This document shows positions 18,231 to 26,148 of a stretch of 54,941 bases of DNA, piece after piece. The stretch spans positions 1 to 54,941 of the IMG/VR virus record IMGVR_UViG_3300010403_000008, one strand, 5' to 3'. The DNA is from a virus (Duplodnaviria; Caudoviricetes). Position 1 is the stretch's first letter, and every line of letters starts with the position of its first letter. The notes beneath the pieces were generated by a model. The model was not told where the DNA came from. It ran no database searches and saw only the letters and a program-made list of their open reading frames with translations. The position numbers were made by a program, and so were the translations under genes.

Positions 18231-18791
18231 TTAAATTCGTTCTAACTTGGACACTTCAAATCGACCATTAGTTCCGCCCTTCTCAGCACGGAACTGGCCC
18301 AACCCAATGAACATCCCCGCATGGTCCAAATGCTCCCGTAAAATCTTCTCGTCAATCGCATCATCCAGAACGGCGATTGTAACGGTGGTCTTCCATGAAG
18401 TCAGGGTTGGGATGCAGCGAGCAACCCGCTTTCCTGAGCCTCGTATCCCGTCTGAGTTGGCGTTGATCCAGATTGGCTTGGCATCAGCACGAGTCATCCC
18501 AAGGTCCGCATCGTCCATCACGAGTAGGCCGCTCTCGAACAGCTTCGTATAGGTTCGTTTACCCTTACCCGGAACCTGTCTGCCAAGATGCTTGGCTGCT
18601 GCACAGATGCAGAACTTCAGAGCCATAGCTGGAATGATGCACCTACCAGCCTCGTTTACGCGAAGCTTTTCGAGGTAGCAGCGAACTTCAAAATCTTCGT
18701 GGGTTTCGCGGTCTGCGCGTTTGGACGTGAATGGAGCGCCTCCCCCTAACGGGGTGACGGATTGTAAGGTTACTCGGAATTTGTTTAACAT
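18231..18791 (-). CDS. Stand-alone Cas7/RAMP-like RNA-binding protein (Vipr-like)
   Basis: RAMP hallmarks: N-terminal FRVTLQSVTPL strand, IIPAMALK (IP.S.LKG-like), and a C-terminal Gly-rich loop AGMFIGLGQFRAEKGGTNGRFEV. Confidence 0.8.
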   Translation of the reverse strand: MLNKFRVTLQSVTPLGGGAPFTSKRADRETHEDFEVRCYLEKLRVNEAGRCIIPAMALKFCICAAAKHLGRQVPGKGKRTYTKLFESGLLVMDDADLGMTRADAKPIWINANSDGIRGSGKRVARCIPTLTSWKTTVTIAVLDDAIDEKILREHLDHAGMFIGLGQFRAEKGGTNGRFEVSKLERI

Positions 18792-18910
18792 GATGGAGTG
18801 ATGTGGTGTGTTTTGGTGTGCCGTGTCTTGATGTGTCGTGTGGTGTCTTGAATTGCAGTGAAGTGAGGTAGGTTGGTTTGCTGTGCAATGGTTTGTGTTG
18901 TCGTGTCGTT
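18791..18910 (-). repeat. Pentamer guide-like array 1: 24 units, decodes to an MCP-gene target
   Basis: Minus strand AACga CACga CAAca CAAac CATtg CACag CAAac CAAcc TACct CACtt CACtg CAAtt CAAga CACca CACga CACat...; abuts the Cas7-like start codon. Confidence 0.92.
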
Positions 18911-18914
18911 TCGG

Positions 18915-19064
18915 GTCCGGTTAGACCGGACAAAAAGTCCGCTCAGGTGAAAGACCAGATCGAATGGGGCTGGTCCGGTTTCCCGGAACTGAGCGGACCG
19001 AAAGTCCAAAGTGTCAGTCTTGCGCCATTCGACCGGCTTTCACACCAGTCACGGACGAGCGGAC
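18915..19064 (-). ncRNA. Structured, potentially pseudoknotted leader RNA of the cassette
   Basis: Perfect complementary pairs: 18915-21/18925-31, 18937-46/18989-98, 18953-58/18970-75, 18960-67/19025-32 and 18947-53/19037-43. Confidence 0.55.
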
Positions 19065-19091
19065 AATCCACCACTACCAGATGTTTGTCAA
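19063..19091 (-). promoter_or_regulatory. Putative sigma70 promoter driving the leader, arrays and Cas7-like operon
   Basis: Minus strand TTGACA-N17-GATTGT. Confidence 0.5.
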
Positions 19092-19103
19092 ATTGAAATC
19101 CGT

Positions 19104-19132
19104 TTGACTTTTACTTTACCGATAATTATTGT
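19104..19132 (+). promoter_or_regulatory. Putative sigma70 promoter for the MCP operon, divergent from the cassette promoter
   Basis: TTGACT-N17-TATTGT. Confidence 0.55.
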
Positions 19133-19308
19133 GCAAAACAGCTAGGCGTAATTGGCTTTCACTAGCGGCCATCACCTGTCGTTCGGGGTGGAATAAACAA
19201 TCGAACTACAGCGTAGCGGTATGGGAACCAGAAGGTTCGCTGTTCTTCAAAAGAATCCCCAACGGAATCTCTCACGTACGAGAGAAAAACTTTTAACGAA
19301 GAACTAAA

Positions 19309-20640
19309 ATGGCTAGTACACTTTCCTGTGGGGCATTTACTCAGTACCTCGTCGATCAGCTACCTGTTTATGATAAGTTGATTTTGGAGGACATTCGTCC
19401 GATGGACGGTTGGATCGGACATGTTAAGACGGGTACGTTCGAGGCGTACTCGGGCACAGAGCATACTCTGGACCGTTTCAATCACGTGTACCCGGATACA
19501 ACCAAGGCTTGGTCCCGAACTCAGGCCAGTAATTGCATCGGAACTCCTTGTGACAAAACGGAATACTGCATTGGGTGGGGTGCGACAAGAATCACTTATT
19601 TTTTGGAAGAGCAAAGTTGGGCGACGCCATTACTTTGTTTCGATCAGGAAATGCACATCACAAAAGCAAGAGAAAATTTCCGATATATTATCGGAGGAAT
19701 TCTCAAGCCCGCCACTTCGACCATCATGTCGAACTTCCTGCGTCGTCGTGCCCTCACGATTGGCACGGGCAAGAAGTGGGTGGCCAATGCCACAATGTCT
19801 GATTTCGTGCCCACCTGGGTCACTGTAGGCGGTTCTGAACTGTATCTGGACGTGACTGTGGAACCCACTTCCCGGCTCACTCCACAAATGCTTCAGCGTC
19901 GTGTGTCCCCACTCATGCTGATGGGCTATTTCGGGAAGAACCCGTTCGGGGACCGCAAATCCATTCCTTTGATCGAACTGGTCACTGGCATGGAAACTCT
20001 GTGGGACTTGGACAAGCAGGTCTGCGACAGCAACATCTCTGGCGCATGGCGGTTCACAGAATGGACGGCAGCCAACGAGTACTGGCGGTACGGCTTCAAC
20101 GGGCAGTTGGGCAACTACGCAACCCGTGCAGACCCAATGGAGATGCGGTTCAACCGTGTTGGTCCCGTGGCTGGTGGCAAGATTCGTTTCCAGTTCATCC
20201 AGCCCTACGTGAACGTCGCATCCAGTGGGGCTGGTGGTGCCCCCGGTCTCAAGTCGATTGAGAATGAAGACTGGCAGAATGCTCGTTACTCCATCAGCTT
20301 CATCTGGCACAAGATGGCGATGGAAGCACTGGTCGCAGACGCAACCCCGGTCAATCCCGAAATGCCATTCTCGTCCCGTAACTTCGGTGGACGCTGGCAG
20401 TTCGTGAAGGACAACCTGGGTGCGTGTGAGGACGGGACAGTCATTGAGAACAAGCGCGGGAACAAGGGTCAGTTCATCAGCGACTTCAAGCTGTCGATCA
20501 GACCCATGTACACCGAATTCGCGGAAGCGATCTTCCACATGCGCAATCGGGCCTGCATCACGATCTGCCCTCCGTGTGGCACTGATCCTGGGTATCCGAC
20601 TCAGAGCTACAACAGTTGCAATCCTGACTGCACACCGTAA
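19309..20640 (+). CDS. Major capsid protein
   Basis: 443 aa, follows the scaffold (apart from the insert), strongly biased codon usage, and followed by a terminator hairpin. Confidence 0.75.
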   Translation: MASTLSCGAFTQYLVDQLPVYDKLILEDIRPMDGWIGHVKTGTFEAYSGTEHTLDRFNHVYPDTTKAWSRTQASNCIGTPCDKTEYCIGWGATRITYFLEEQSWATPLLCFDQEMHITKARENFRYIIGGILKPATSTIMSNFLRRRALTIGTGKKWVANATMSDFVPTWVTVGGSELYLDVTVEPTSRLTPQMLQRRVSPLMLMGYFGKNPFGDRKSIPLIELVTGMETLWDLDKQVCDSNISGAWRFTEWTAANEYWRYGFNGQLGNYATRADPMEMRFNRVGPVAGGKIRFQFIQPYVNVASSGAGGAPGLKSIENEDWQNARYSISFIWHKMAMEALVADATPVNPEMPFSSRNFGGRWQFVKDNLGACEDGTVIENKRGNKGQFISDFKLSIRPMYTEFAEAIFHMRNRACITICPPCGTDPGYPTQSYNSCNPDCTP

Positions 20641-20666
20641 TCATCCGTCTGGGTTGATAGTAATTG

Positions 20667-20706
20667 GGAGGCTGGCTGTTTCGATGAGCAGCCAGCTTCC
20701 TTAATT
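20667..20706 (+). terminator. Putative intrinsic terminator or attenuator after the MCP gene
   Basis: Stem ggaggctggctgtt / agcagccagcttcc followed by ttaatt; a second hairpin follows immediately. Confidence 0.55.
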
Positions 20707-20759
20707 CGCTCCGAGAGCAATCTTGGAGCGCGGATTGAAACATTTGAAAGGCACACAAT

Positions 20760-21125
20760 ATGCCAGTAATTTACGGGAATAATCACAAGGAGAGTGACGA
20801 TGACGGTTACTCGGATGATTCAGGGATGGATTCCAAGGACGGGATGGCCAAGGAGGACAATGATGATTCAGCATCTGCGTTGCTGCCCAAATCAGTTCTT
20901 GGGGATCACAAGCTTAAGCCCGGAGATCAGGTCATTCTGGAAGTGGTCCACATTTATGAGGATGAAGTGGAAGTGAAGTACGGGAAGAAGAACAAGAAGG
21001 ACAAGGATAAGGACGATTCTGACGAGAACGAAGACAAGCCTGATCGTAATGACGATGACGATAATTCAGCAGGCAGTCAGATGGACATGTCTCAGAAGCA
21101 ACTGAGTGGCTTGATGGACGAATAA
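20760..21125 (+). CDS. Highly acidic small protein
   Basis: Asp-rich termini around an LKPGDQVILEVVHIYEDEVEVKY core. Confidence 0.6.
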   Translation: MPVIYGNNHKESDDDGYSDDSGMDSKDGMAKEDNDDSASALLPKSVLGDHKLKPGDQVILEVVHIYEDEVEVKYGKKNKKDKDKDDSDENEDKPDRNDDDDNSAGSQMDMSQKQLSGLMDE

Positions 21126-21127
21126 TC

Positions 21128-21682
21128 ATGGCAATCGCCTGCGATGCTGCCTCGTTGATGCTCAATGCCGCCTGTATTACTGAGTGCATTGCGCATGGGC
21201 AGGCGAACGCAATCAAGACCCAGCTTCTGGCTGACATTGCGGGTGGTTCTCAGGACCCGGGCACCCTCCTAGACGCTGCCCGCTGTTTCCTTTGCCTGAC
21301 CCGTACACAACTACTGGCCATTCGCGTTTACCTGCTGGCCATTCTATCCGGTACGTCTCCCACATCTCAGGCGATACAGGATCAATCGTGTTGCCTGCAA
21401 AATTGTCTGACCATTGGTCAGTTGAGTCTAATCCAGATTTACATTCTGGCAGTCAAGGCTGGTGAGTCTCCTAATGGCAATCTCCTCGATCCTGCCCGTT
21501 GCTTCCTTTCCTGCCTGATGGGGATTCAGAATGATGCGATCCAGACCTACCTTCTGGCTGTGATTGCGGGTGGTTCGACTGACCAGCAAGCCCTTCTATC
21601 ACTCGCTTCCTGTATTCTGGAATGCCTGTCTGGAGAGCAGTTGCTGGCTGCTGAGACGGTCCTAATGTGTCTTTGGGTTTAA
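21128..21682 (+). CDS. Cys-rich internally repeated protein, putative virion component (paralog 1)
   Basis: About five repeats of LL.AA.C..CL...QL.AI..YLLA. Confidence 0.65.
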   Translation: MAIACDAASLMLNAACITECIAHGQANAIKTQLLADIAGGSQDPGTLLDAARCFLCLTRTQLLAIRVYLLAILSGTSPTSQAIQDQSCCLQNCLTIGQLSLIQIYILAVKAGESPNGNLLDPARCFLSCLMGIQNDAIQTYLLAVIAGGSTDQQALLSLASCILECLSGEQLLAAETVLMCLWV

Positions 21683-21685
21683 GAT

Positions 21686-22327
21686 ATGCCATTTGAATGC
21701 GATGCAGCCTCACTGGTAGAAGCAGGGTGTTGCGTTTCCTGTTTGGAAGGGGGTCAGCTACAGGCAATCAAGACCCATCTGCTGGCCCAAATCGCAGGAG
21801 TCCCAACAAACATCGCTTCCCTGCTTGAAGCAGCCAGTTGTTTCTTCTGTCTGACCAGTCAACAATTGGCAGCAATCAGGGTGTGGCTTCTGGCTGACTT
21901 GGGTGGGATTGAACAGGACCCACAGGCGATCATGGATGAAACATGCTGCCTGTTGCAGTGCTTGTCCAAATTTCAAGCACTGTCTGCCCAAGTCGCAATC
22001 CTGGCTGAAATCAATGGGGACGATCCAAACAACGTTGCTGGGATGTTCAATGCTTGTTGTGAACTCTCTTGTCTGTCTGGAATTCAAAACGATGCGGTCC
22101 AAACTTATTTGGTGGCAGTTGCTGCGGGTGGTAGCACAGATGCAATCGAACTATTCGGGAATGCATCATGCGTTTATACATGTCTTTCACCGGGCCAGAT
22201 GGTGTATGCTGAAACAGCGATGATGTGTGCATGGTCAAACAATCTGGGTGGAACGTTCTTCAGGATCACTGACGATTTGGAACGAAGAATTACTGACGAA
22301 CTGGATAACAGGATTTGGAGAAATTGA
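21686..22327 (+). CDS. Cys-rich internally repeated protein (paralog 2) with a C-terminal RITD..ERRITD motif
   Basis: Co-linear with 21128-21682; the C-terminus resembles short fibre-attachment motifs. Confidence 0.65.
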   Translation: MPFECDAASLVEAGCCVSCLEGGQLQAIKTHLLAQIAGVPTNIASLLEAASCFFCLTSQQLAAIRVWLLADLGGIEQDPQAIMDETCCLLQCLSKFQALSAQVAILAEINGDDPNNVAGMFNACCELSCLSGIQNDAVQTYLVAVAAGGSTDAIELFGNASCVYTCLSPGQMVYAETAMMCAWSNNLGGTFFRITDDLERRITDELDNRIWRN

Positions 22328-22330
22328 TTT

Positions 22331-24307
22331 ATGGCTGATAAAAGAATCCAAGACCTGACAGCGGCAGTATCGGTGGCATTGACTGATCTGTTTGAAATCT
22401 CTCAGGGTGGAGTGGCCAGCAGGAAAGCCACAGGTAGCCAGATTCAGACATCATTTACCGGCAAACAGGATGCCCTTGGATTCACCCCTGAAAACGTAGC
22501 AAACAAATCCATTGATGGGACTCTTGCTGCCAATTCAGACACCCTCTACTCCAGCCAGAAGGCGGTAAAGACGTACGTAGACAACAGTGTTGCTGCTACT
22601 GCCCCATTCGTTGACACCACATCCATCGTAAAAGGTAGTGCGGATGGGACCAAACAACTGCGCTTCGAGGTTGACGGGTTCACAGCCGGAGCTACCAGAA
22701 TCGCTACCCCTCCCAACCAGAACTTCACGATGGCTGGGATTGATGTTGCGAACGTGTTCTCAAGTGGTCAGACGTTCACCCCAGCAACGAATACGATTGC
22801 ACTCAATATTACGGGAGTCACCGTAACAGCCGCTTCCAGCCAGACCTTCTCTCGCATTGTGGGGACGTGGAACACGACTGGCACTCCGGCAGCGATGCTG
22901 ATTAACATTACTGACACCGCCAGCAATGCTGCCTCAACTTTTATCGAATGCCAGATTTCAGGAAACCAAGTATTCTCGATTGGCAAGACTGGCTCTCTTA
23001 ATTTCGTTTATAATGTTCGCCAGACGTTCAATCCCGGTGCCAACAATTCAGGACTCAATGTGGGTTCTGTGGCCGGCGATCCTGGCACATTGGTAAACGG
23101 GGACTTGTGGTACGAATCTGGAGCCAATGAACTTCATGCCAGAATTAACGGTGTGACAGTAGCCCTGGGGGCAGGTGGCGGTGGTTCCCCCCCATTTACT
23201 GACGCGACAGCAATCATCAAGGGGAGCGCAGATGCTACAAAACTACTGCGTATTGAAGTGGATGGGTTCACTGCTGCTACGACTCGTGTAGCTACCCCAC
23301 CAAATCAAGATTTCACGATAGCTGGTCTGGAAGTTCAGCAGACATTCACGAAGCGCCAGACAATTACTCCACCAGTAGATACGGCTGGATTGGTTATTTC
23401 AGGCGCATCAATTACTGGGGCAGACTTTAGCAACATCCTTGATTTGGCTGGTACTTGGAATACTACGGGTGCCCCAAGGGGGATTAAGCTTAACATCACT
23501 CATGTTGCTAGTGATGCGGCTTCACAGTTGCTAGACCTTCAGGTTGGTGGGAATACCATGTTTGGGGTGGATGTTACTGGATTTGCAGCAATATCAGGGG
23601 GCATCCTTTCTGGGGCATCCATTACCATAAATCCAGGGACATTAAATATTACCCCTGTTGTTAATACGTCTGCCTTGATCGTGTCAGGGTATTCGCTTAC
23701 GGGAGCAAATACACAGCCTGTCTTTAACTTGTCTGGAACATGGAATACTAGCGGGGCACCGACCGGGATAAGTCTTAACATTACCAATACTGCATCAAGT
23801 GTATCTTCTAGGTTAATTGATTTGCGAGTTGGAGGAATAACGTTCTTCAACGTAGACAGGCTTGGAAACCTTGAAACAGCATCTGGAATCAATGCCGCTG
23901 TTGGAAATTTCACAGTCGCCTCAGACGGCTCATTCCAAGCCGCCGGTGGTCCGTTCGCTGTGGATGTTTCGTCTAATTTGACGATTAACAGCATTCTTAC
24001 TTTCAATAGTTCTGGATTAACATTAACGGATAATGGCGCTGGACTTCTTATATCAAGTAATGCTATCTCACTTAACAATAATCTGATCAATGATGTAGCT
24101 GAACCAGTTTCACCGTCTGATGCTGCTACAAAAAACTACGTAGATAGCGTAGCGTCACTATCTGGATCAGGTTCACCGGAAGGGTCCGTAACAGCTTCGG
24201 TCGGAAAATCCTATCTGGACATTTCAAATACTGACAACCCAGGACTTTGGTACAAGGCAACCGGATCAGGAAACACAGGTTGGAGGAACCTAATTGCAGC
24301 AGGATAA
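22331..24307 (+). CDS. Tail fibre protein
   Basis: MADKRIQDL..A...D......G.ASRKAT N-terminus, SQKAVKTYVD and DAATKNYVD motifs, G/T/S/N-rich with internal repeats. Confidence 0.8.
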   Translation: MADKRIQDLTAAVSVALTDLFEISQGGVASRKATGSQIQTSFTGKQDALGFTPENVANKSIDGTLAANSDTLYSSQKAVKTYVDNSVAATAPFVDTTSIVKGSADGTKQLRFEVDGFTAGATRIATPPNQNFTMAGIDVANVFSSGQTFTPATNTIALNITGVTVTAASSQTFSRIVGTWNTTGTPAAMLINITDTASNAASTFIECQISGNQVFSIGKTGSLNFVYNVRQTFNPGANNSGLNVGSVAGDPGTLVNGDLWYESGANELHARINGVTVALGAGGGGSPPFTDATAIIKGSADATKLLRIEVDGFTAATTRVATPPNQDFTIAGLEVQQTFTKRQTITPPVDTAGLVISGASITGADFSNILDLAGTWNTTGAPRGIKLNITHVASDAASQLLDLQVGGNTMFGVDVTGFAAISGGILSGASITINPGTLNITPVVNTSALIVSGYSLTGANTQPVFNLSGTWNTSGAPTGISLNITNTASSVSSRLIDLRVGGITFFNVDRLGNLETASGINAAVGNFTVASDGSFQAAGGPFAVDVSSNLTINSILTFNSSGLTLTDNGAGLLISSNAISLNNNLINDVAEPVSPSDAATKNYVDSVASLSGSGSPEGSVTASVGKSYLDISNTDNPGLWYKATGSGNTGWRNLIAAG

Positions 24308-24308
24308 C

Positions 24309-25655
24309 ATGAAAACATTTCTGGCACTTTTACTGACAGTAGTTGGTGTTTCAGCGCAGCCGTTGTTGCGCAGTGAATTAACCACTAACAATCCCCCATC
24401 TGGAATATTCTGGACCAACAGCATTTTCTCGGACTTGAGCTTTCTATCATTGGCGGACGGAAATGTGCCATCATGGAACTCAGCAGCCAAGAAATGGACC
24501 AATGTGGTTCCATCTTCTGGTGGTTCAACGCAGATGGTGGCTGCTGCAATAGGGGCATTGACTGTAACAAATATAGGGGTTGGGACAGCATTTCCAGATG
24601 CCGCTGGAGGGATAGGACTAAAGGGAACAAATAGTGGATTTCTTTTTGCTAATTCAGCTACTCCAAACTTAATCACGTACACCAACGGTCAACTGTTAAT
24701 TGCTCAAACCAATCAAGCAGGATTCAGCAATTTTCTGGCAGGGTATTCGTTGACTCTATCCAATGGATGGCCCGCCGCGACAAACACAATCGCCTCTATG
24801 TTCATGCGGTTTGCGGTCAATGCGTTTCAGACTGGCACAGGTGCTACAAATGCAAACCAATTTGCGGAGTATGGGTACATACCGAATATCACTGCGGTCG
24901 GCACTACCAATGGAGAATGGTTATGGATTACGAGATCACTCCAAAACGGGATTCCGTCGACAAATATGATATTAACATCCTCTGGGGCCGTAACAACATT
25001 TGGAGGAATCACCGCATCTAGTGGAAGCATAGTCGCTACTGGTGGAAGCTTGGCTGCATTAAACGGGAGTGTTCAACCCGGTTCCGGTTCTGCCACCGGG
25101 GTTGGTATATTCTTCGGAGGGTCAACGACAAAGCTGAAAAGTGCGGTCGATGGAATCCTGCTCATTCAAAACGCAGCCAATGCTGATGCCTTTGGCATAT
25201 CATTCGGCGGCACAAGTCAATCTAACGGTTTACTCAGAACAATATCTTCCAGCACCGGCAACTCCAATATGGTTTGGGAGTTGCGCTCCGGTAACACCAA
25301 TCAATATGGCATATTGACTGTCGGGGAATTGCGCGCGACGAATTCAATATCGCTTACCAATGGCGCGTTAATTGTGGGTCCTTCTGGTGCCGCTGTGACG
25401 AATATCCTGTCAGCTTCGGCAACACTGGATTTCCCTAGCACACTTGCGCAGACCGATTCTGATTTACCGATCACTGTTACCGGGGCGGCTCCTGGGGACA
25501 CTGTTCAGTTGGGAACTCCGACAATACCGTTAACAGGATCAACCTACACAGCCTTTGCATCAAATGACACTGTGTTTGTTCGCTTCAGCGTCTATGGGCT
25601 TGCGGCGAAAGACCCGGCAAGTGGGACATTCAAGGTGATCGTGACAAAGTTCTAA
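24309..25655 (+). CDS. Fibre-like G/T/S/N-rich protein with a signal-peptide-like N-terminus
   Basis: MKTFLALLLTVVGVSAQ; C-terminal ATLDFPS...ITVTGAAPGDTV..G...DTVFVRF....DPASGTFKV resembles fibre tip domains. Confidence 0.6.
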   Translation: MKTFLALLLTVVGVSAQPLLRSELTTNNPPSGIFWTNSIFSDLSFLSLADGNVPSWNSAAKKWTNVVPSSGGSTQMVAAAIGALTVTNIGVGTAFPDAAGGIGLKGTNSGFLFANSATPNLITYTNGQLLIAQTNQAGFSNFLAGYSLTLSNGWPAATNTIASMFMRFAVNAFQTGTGATNANQFAEYGYIPNITAVGTTNGEWLWITRSLQNGIPSTNMILTSSGAVTTFGGITASSGSIVATGGSLAALNGSVQPGSGSATGVGIFFGGSTTKLKSAVDGILLIQNAANADAFGISFGGTSQSNGLLRTISSSTGNSNMVWELRSGNTNQYGILTVGELRATNSISLTNGALIVGPSGAAVTNILSASATLDFPSTLAQTDSDLPITVTGAAPGDTVQLGTPTIPLTGSTYTAFASNDTVFVRFSVYGLAAKDPASGTFKVIVTKF

Positions 25656-25660
25656 CAATT

Positions 25661-25933
25661 ATGACATACGAAACAACAGAACAGCAGGATTTCGATCTGC
25701 GTGATTACGCAGCGATTCTAAATGTTGGCAAAGGGGCAGAGCCGCCTGAGCCGATAGATCAATTGTTCACACGCCTCGTGAATGAGTTTATGAACGAGAT
25801 AAGCAGAAAGGTTTCAGTTCAAAAGAAAGAGGAAGTTAAAGCCAAGATTGACACGCTTAACTCTGAAACTCTTGCTGCCATTGTTGCCATTATAGATAAC
25901 GCTGCTATCGGGGGAGGGTTGGTGGTGCCATGA
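25661..25933 (+). CDS. Hypothetical protein (possible fibre chaperone)
   Basis: Small ORF immediately after the fibre genes. Confidence 0.45.
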   Translation: MTYETTEQQDFDLRDYAAILNVGKGAEPPEPIDQLFTRLVNEFMNEISRKVSVQKKEEVKAKIDTLNSETLAAIVAIIDNAAIGGGLVVP

Positions 25934-26148
25934 AATTATGGATCACAAATCTTGGACCATTCGGCACTGGGATTCAAACCATCGCCTGCCTGTATGGTTT
26001 CAAGTCTCTTTACGATGCTCACAATATTGGTGGGGATGCGCCCAACCTAAAGCTGGTAATGGCACTTGCGGCAGTGGGTGGGATGTTGTCTATTATTGGT
26101 AAACTGATCAGTCACAAAGAAACATCCACAAACGATGCCCAAAACTAA
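25930..26148 (+). CDS. Small membrane protein (holin candidate)
   Basis: 72 aa with two hydrophobic segments. Confidence 0.35.
   Translation: MKLWITNLGPFGTGIQTIACLYGFKSLYDAHNIGGDAPNLKLVMALAAVGGMLSIIGKLISHKETSTNDAQN

Noticed and set aside
17761-18910. Interpretation as a canonical CRISPR array or a simple microsatellite
   Set aside because: There are no 23-50 nt repeats with spacers. The dinucleotides vary with no slippage or phase loss and decode to meaningful targets, unlike a microsatellite.
18989-19010. Hammerhead-like CTGAGC-GGAC-CGAAA-GTCC-AAA
   Set aside because: It lacks the required CUGANGA and GAAA core, and lies on the strand opposite the predicted transcript.
18688-19096. ORF-track calls 18688-18933, 18785-19009 and 18878-19096 over array 1 and the leader
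   Set aside because: Their T/H/Q-rich or unstructured translations are by-products of the CAM-NN repeat; they overlap the real gene and the structured RNA.
20437-20484. Array 2 versus MCP segment TVIENKRGNKGQFISD (8 of 16 dinucleotides), plus weak matches of arrays 2 and 4 to the portal N-terminus
   Set aside because: Scattered matches at a level expected by chance given the number of positions examined.
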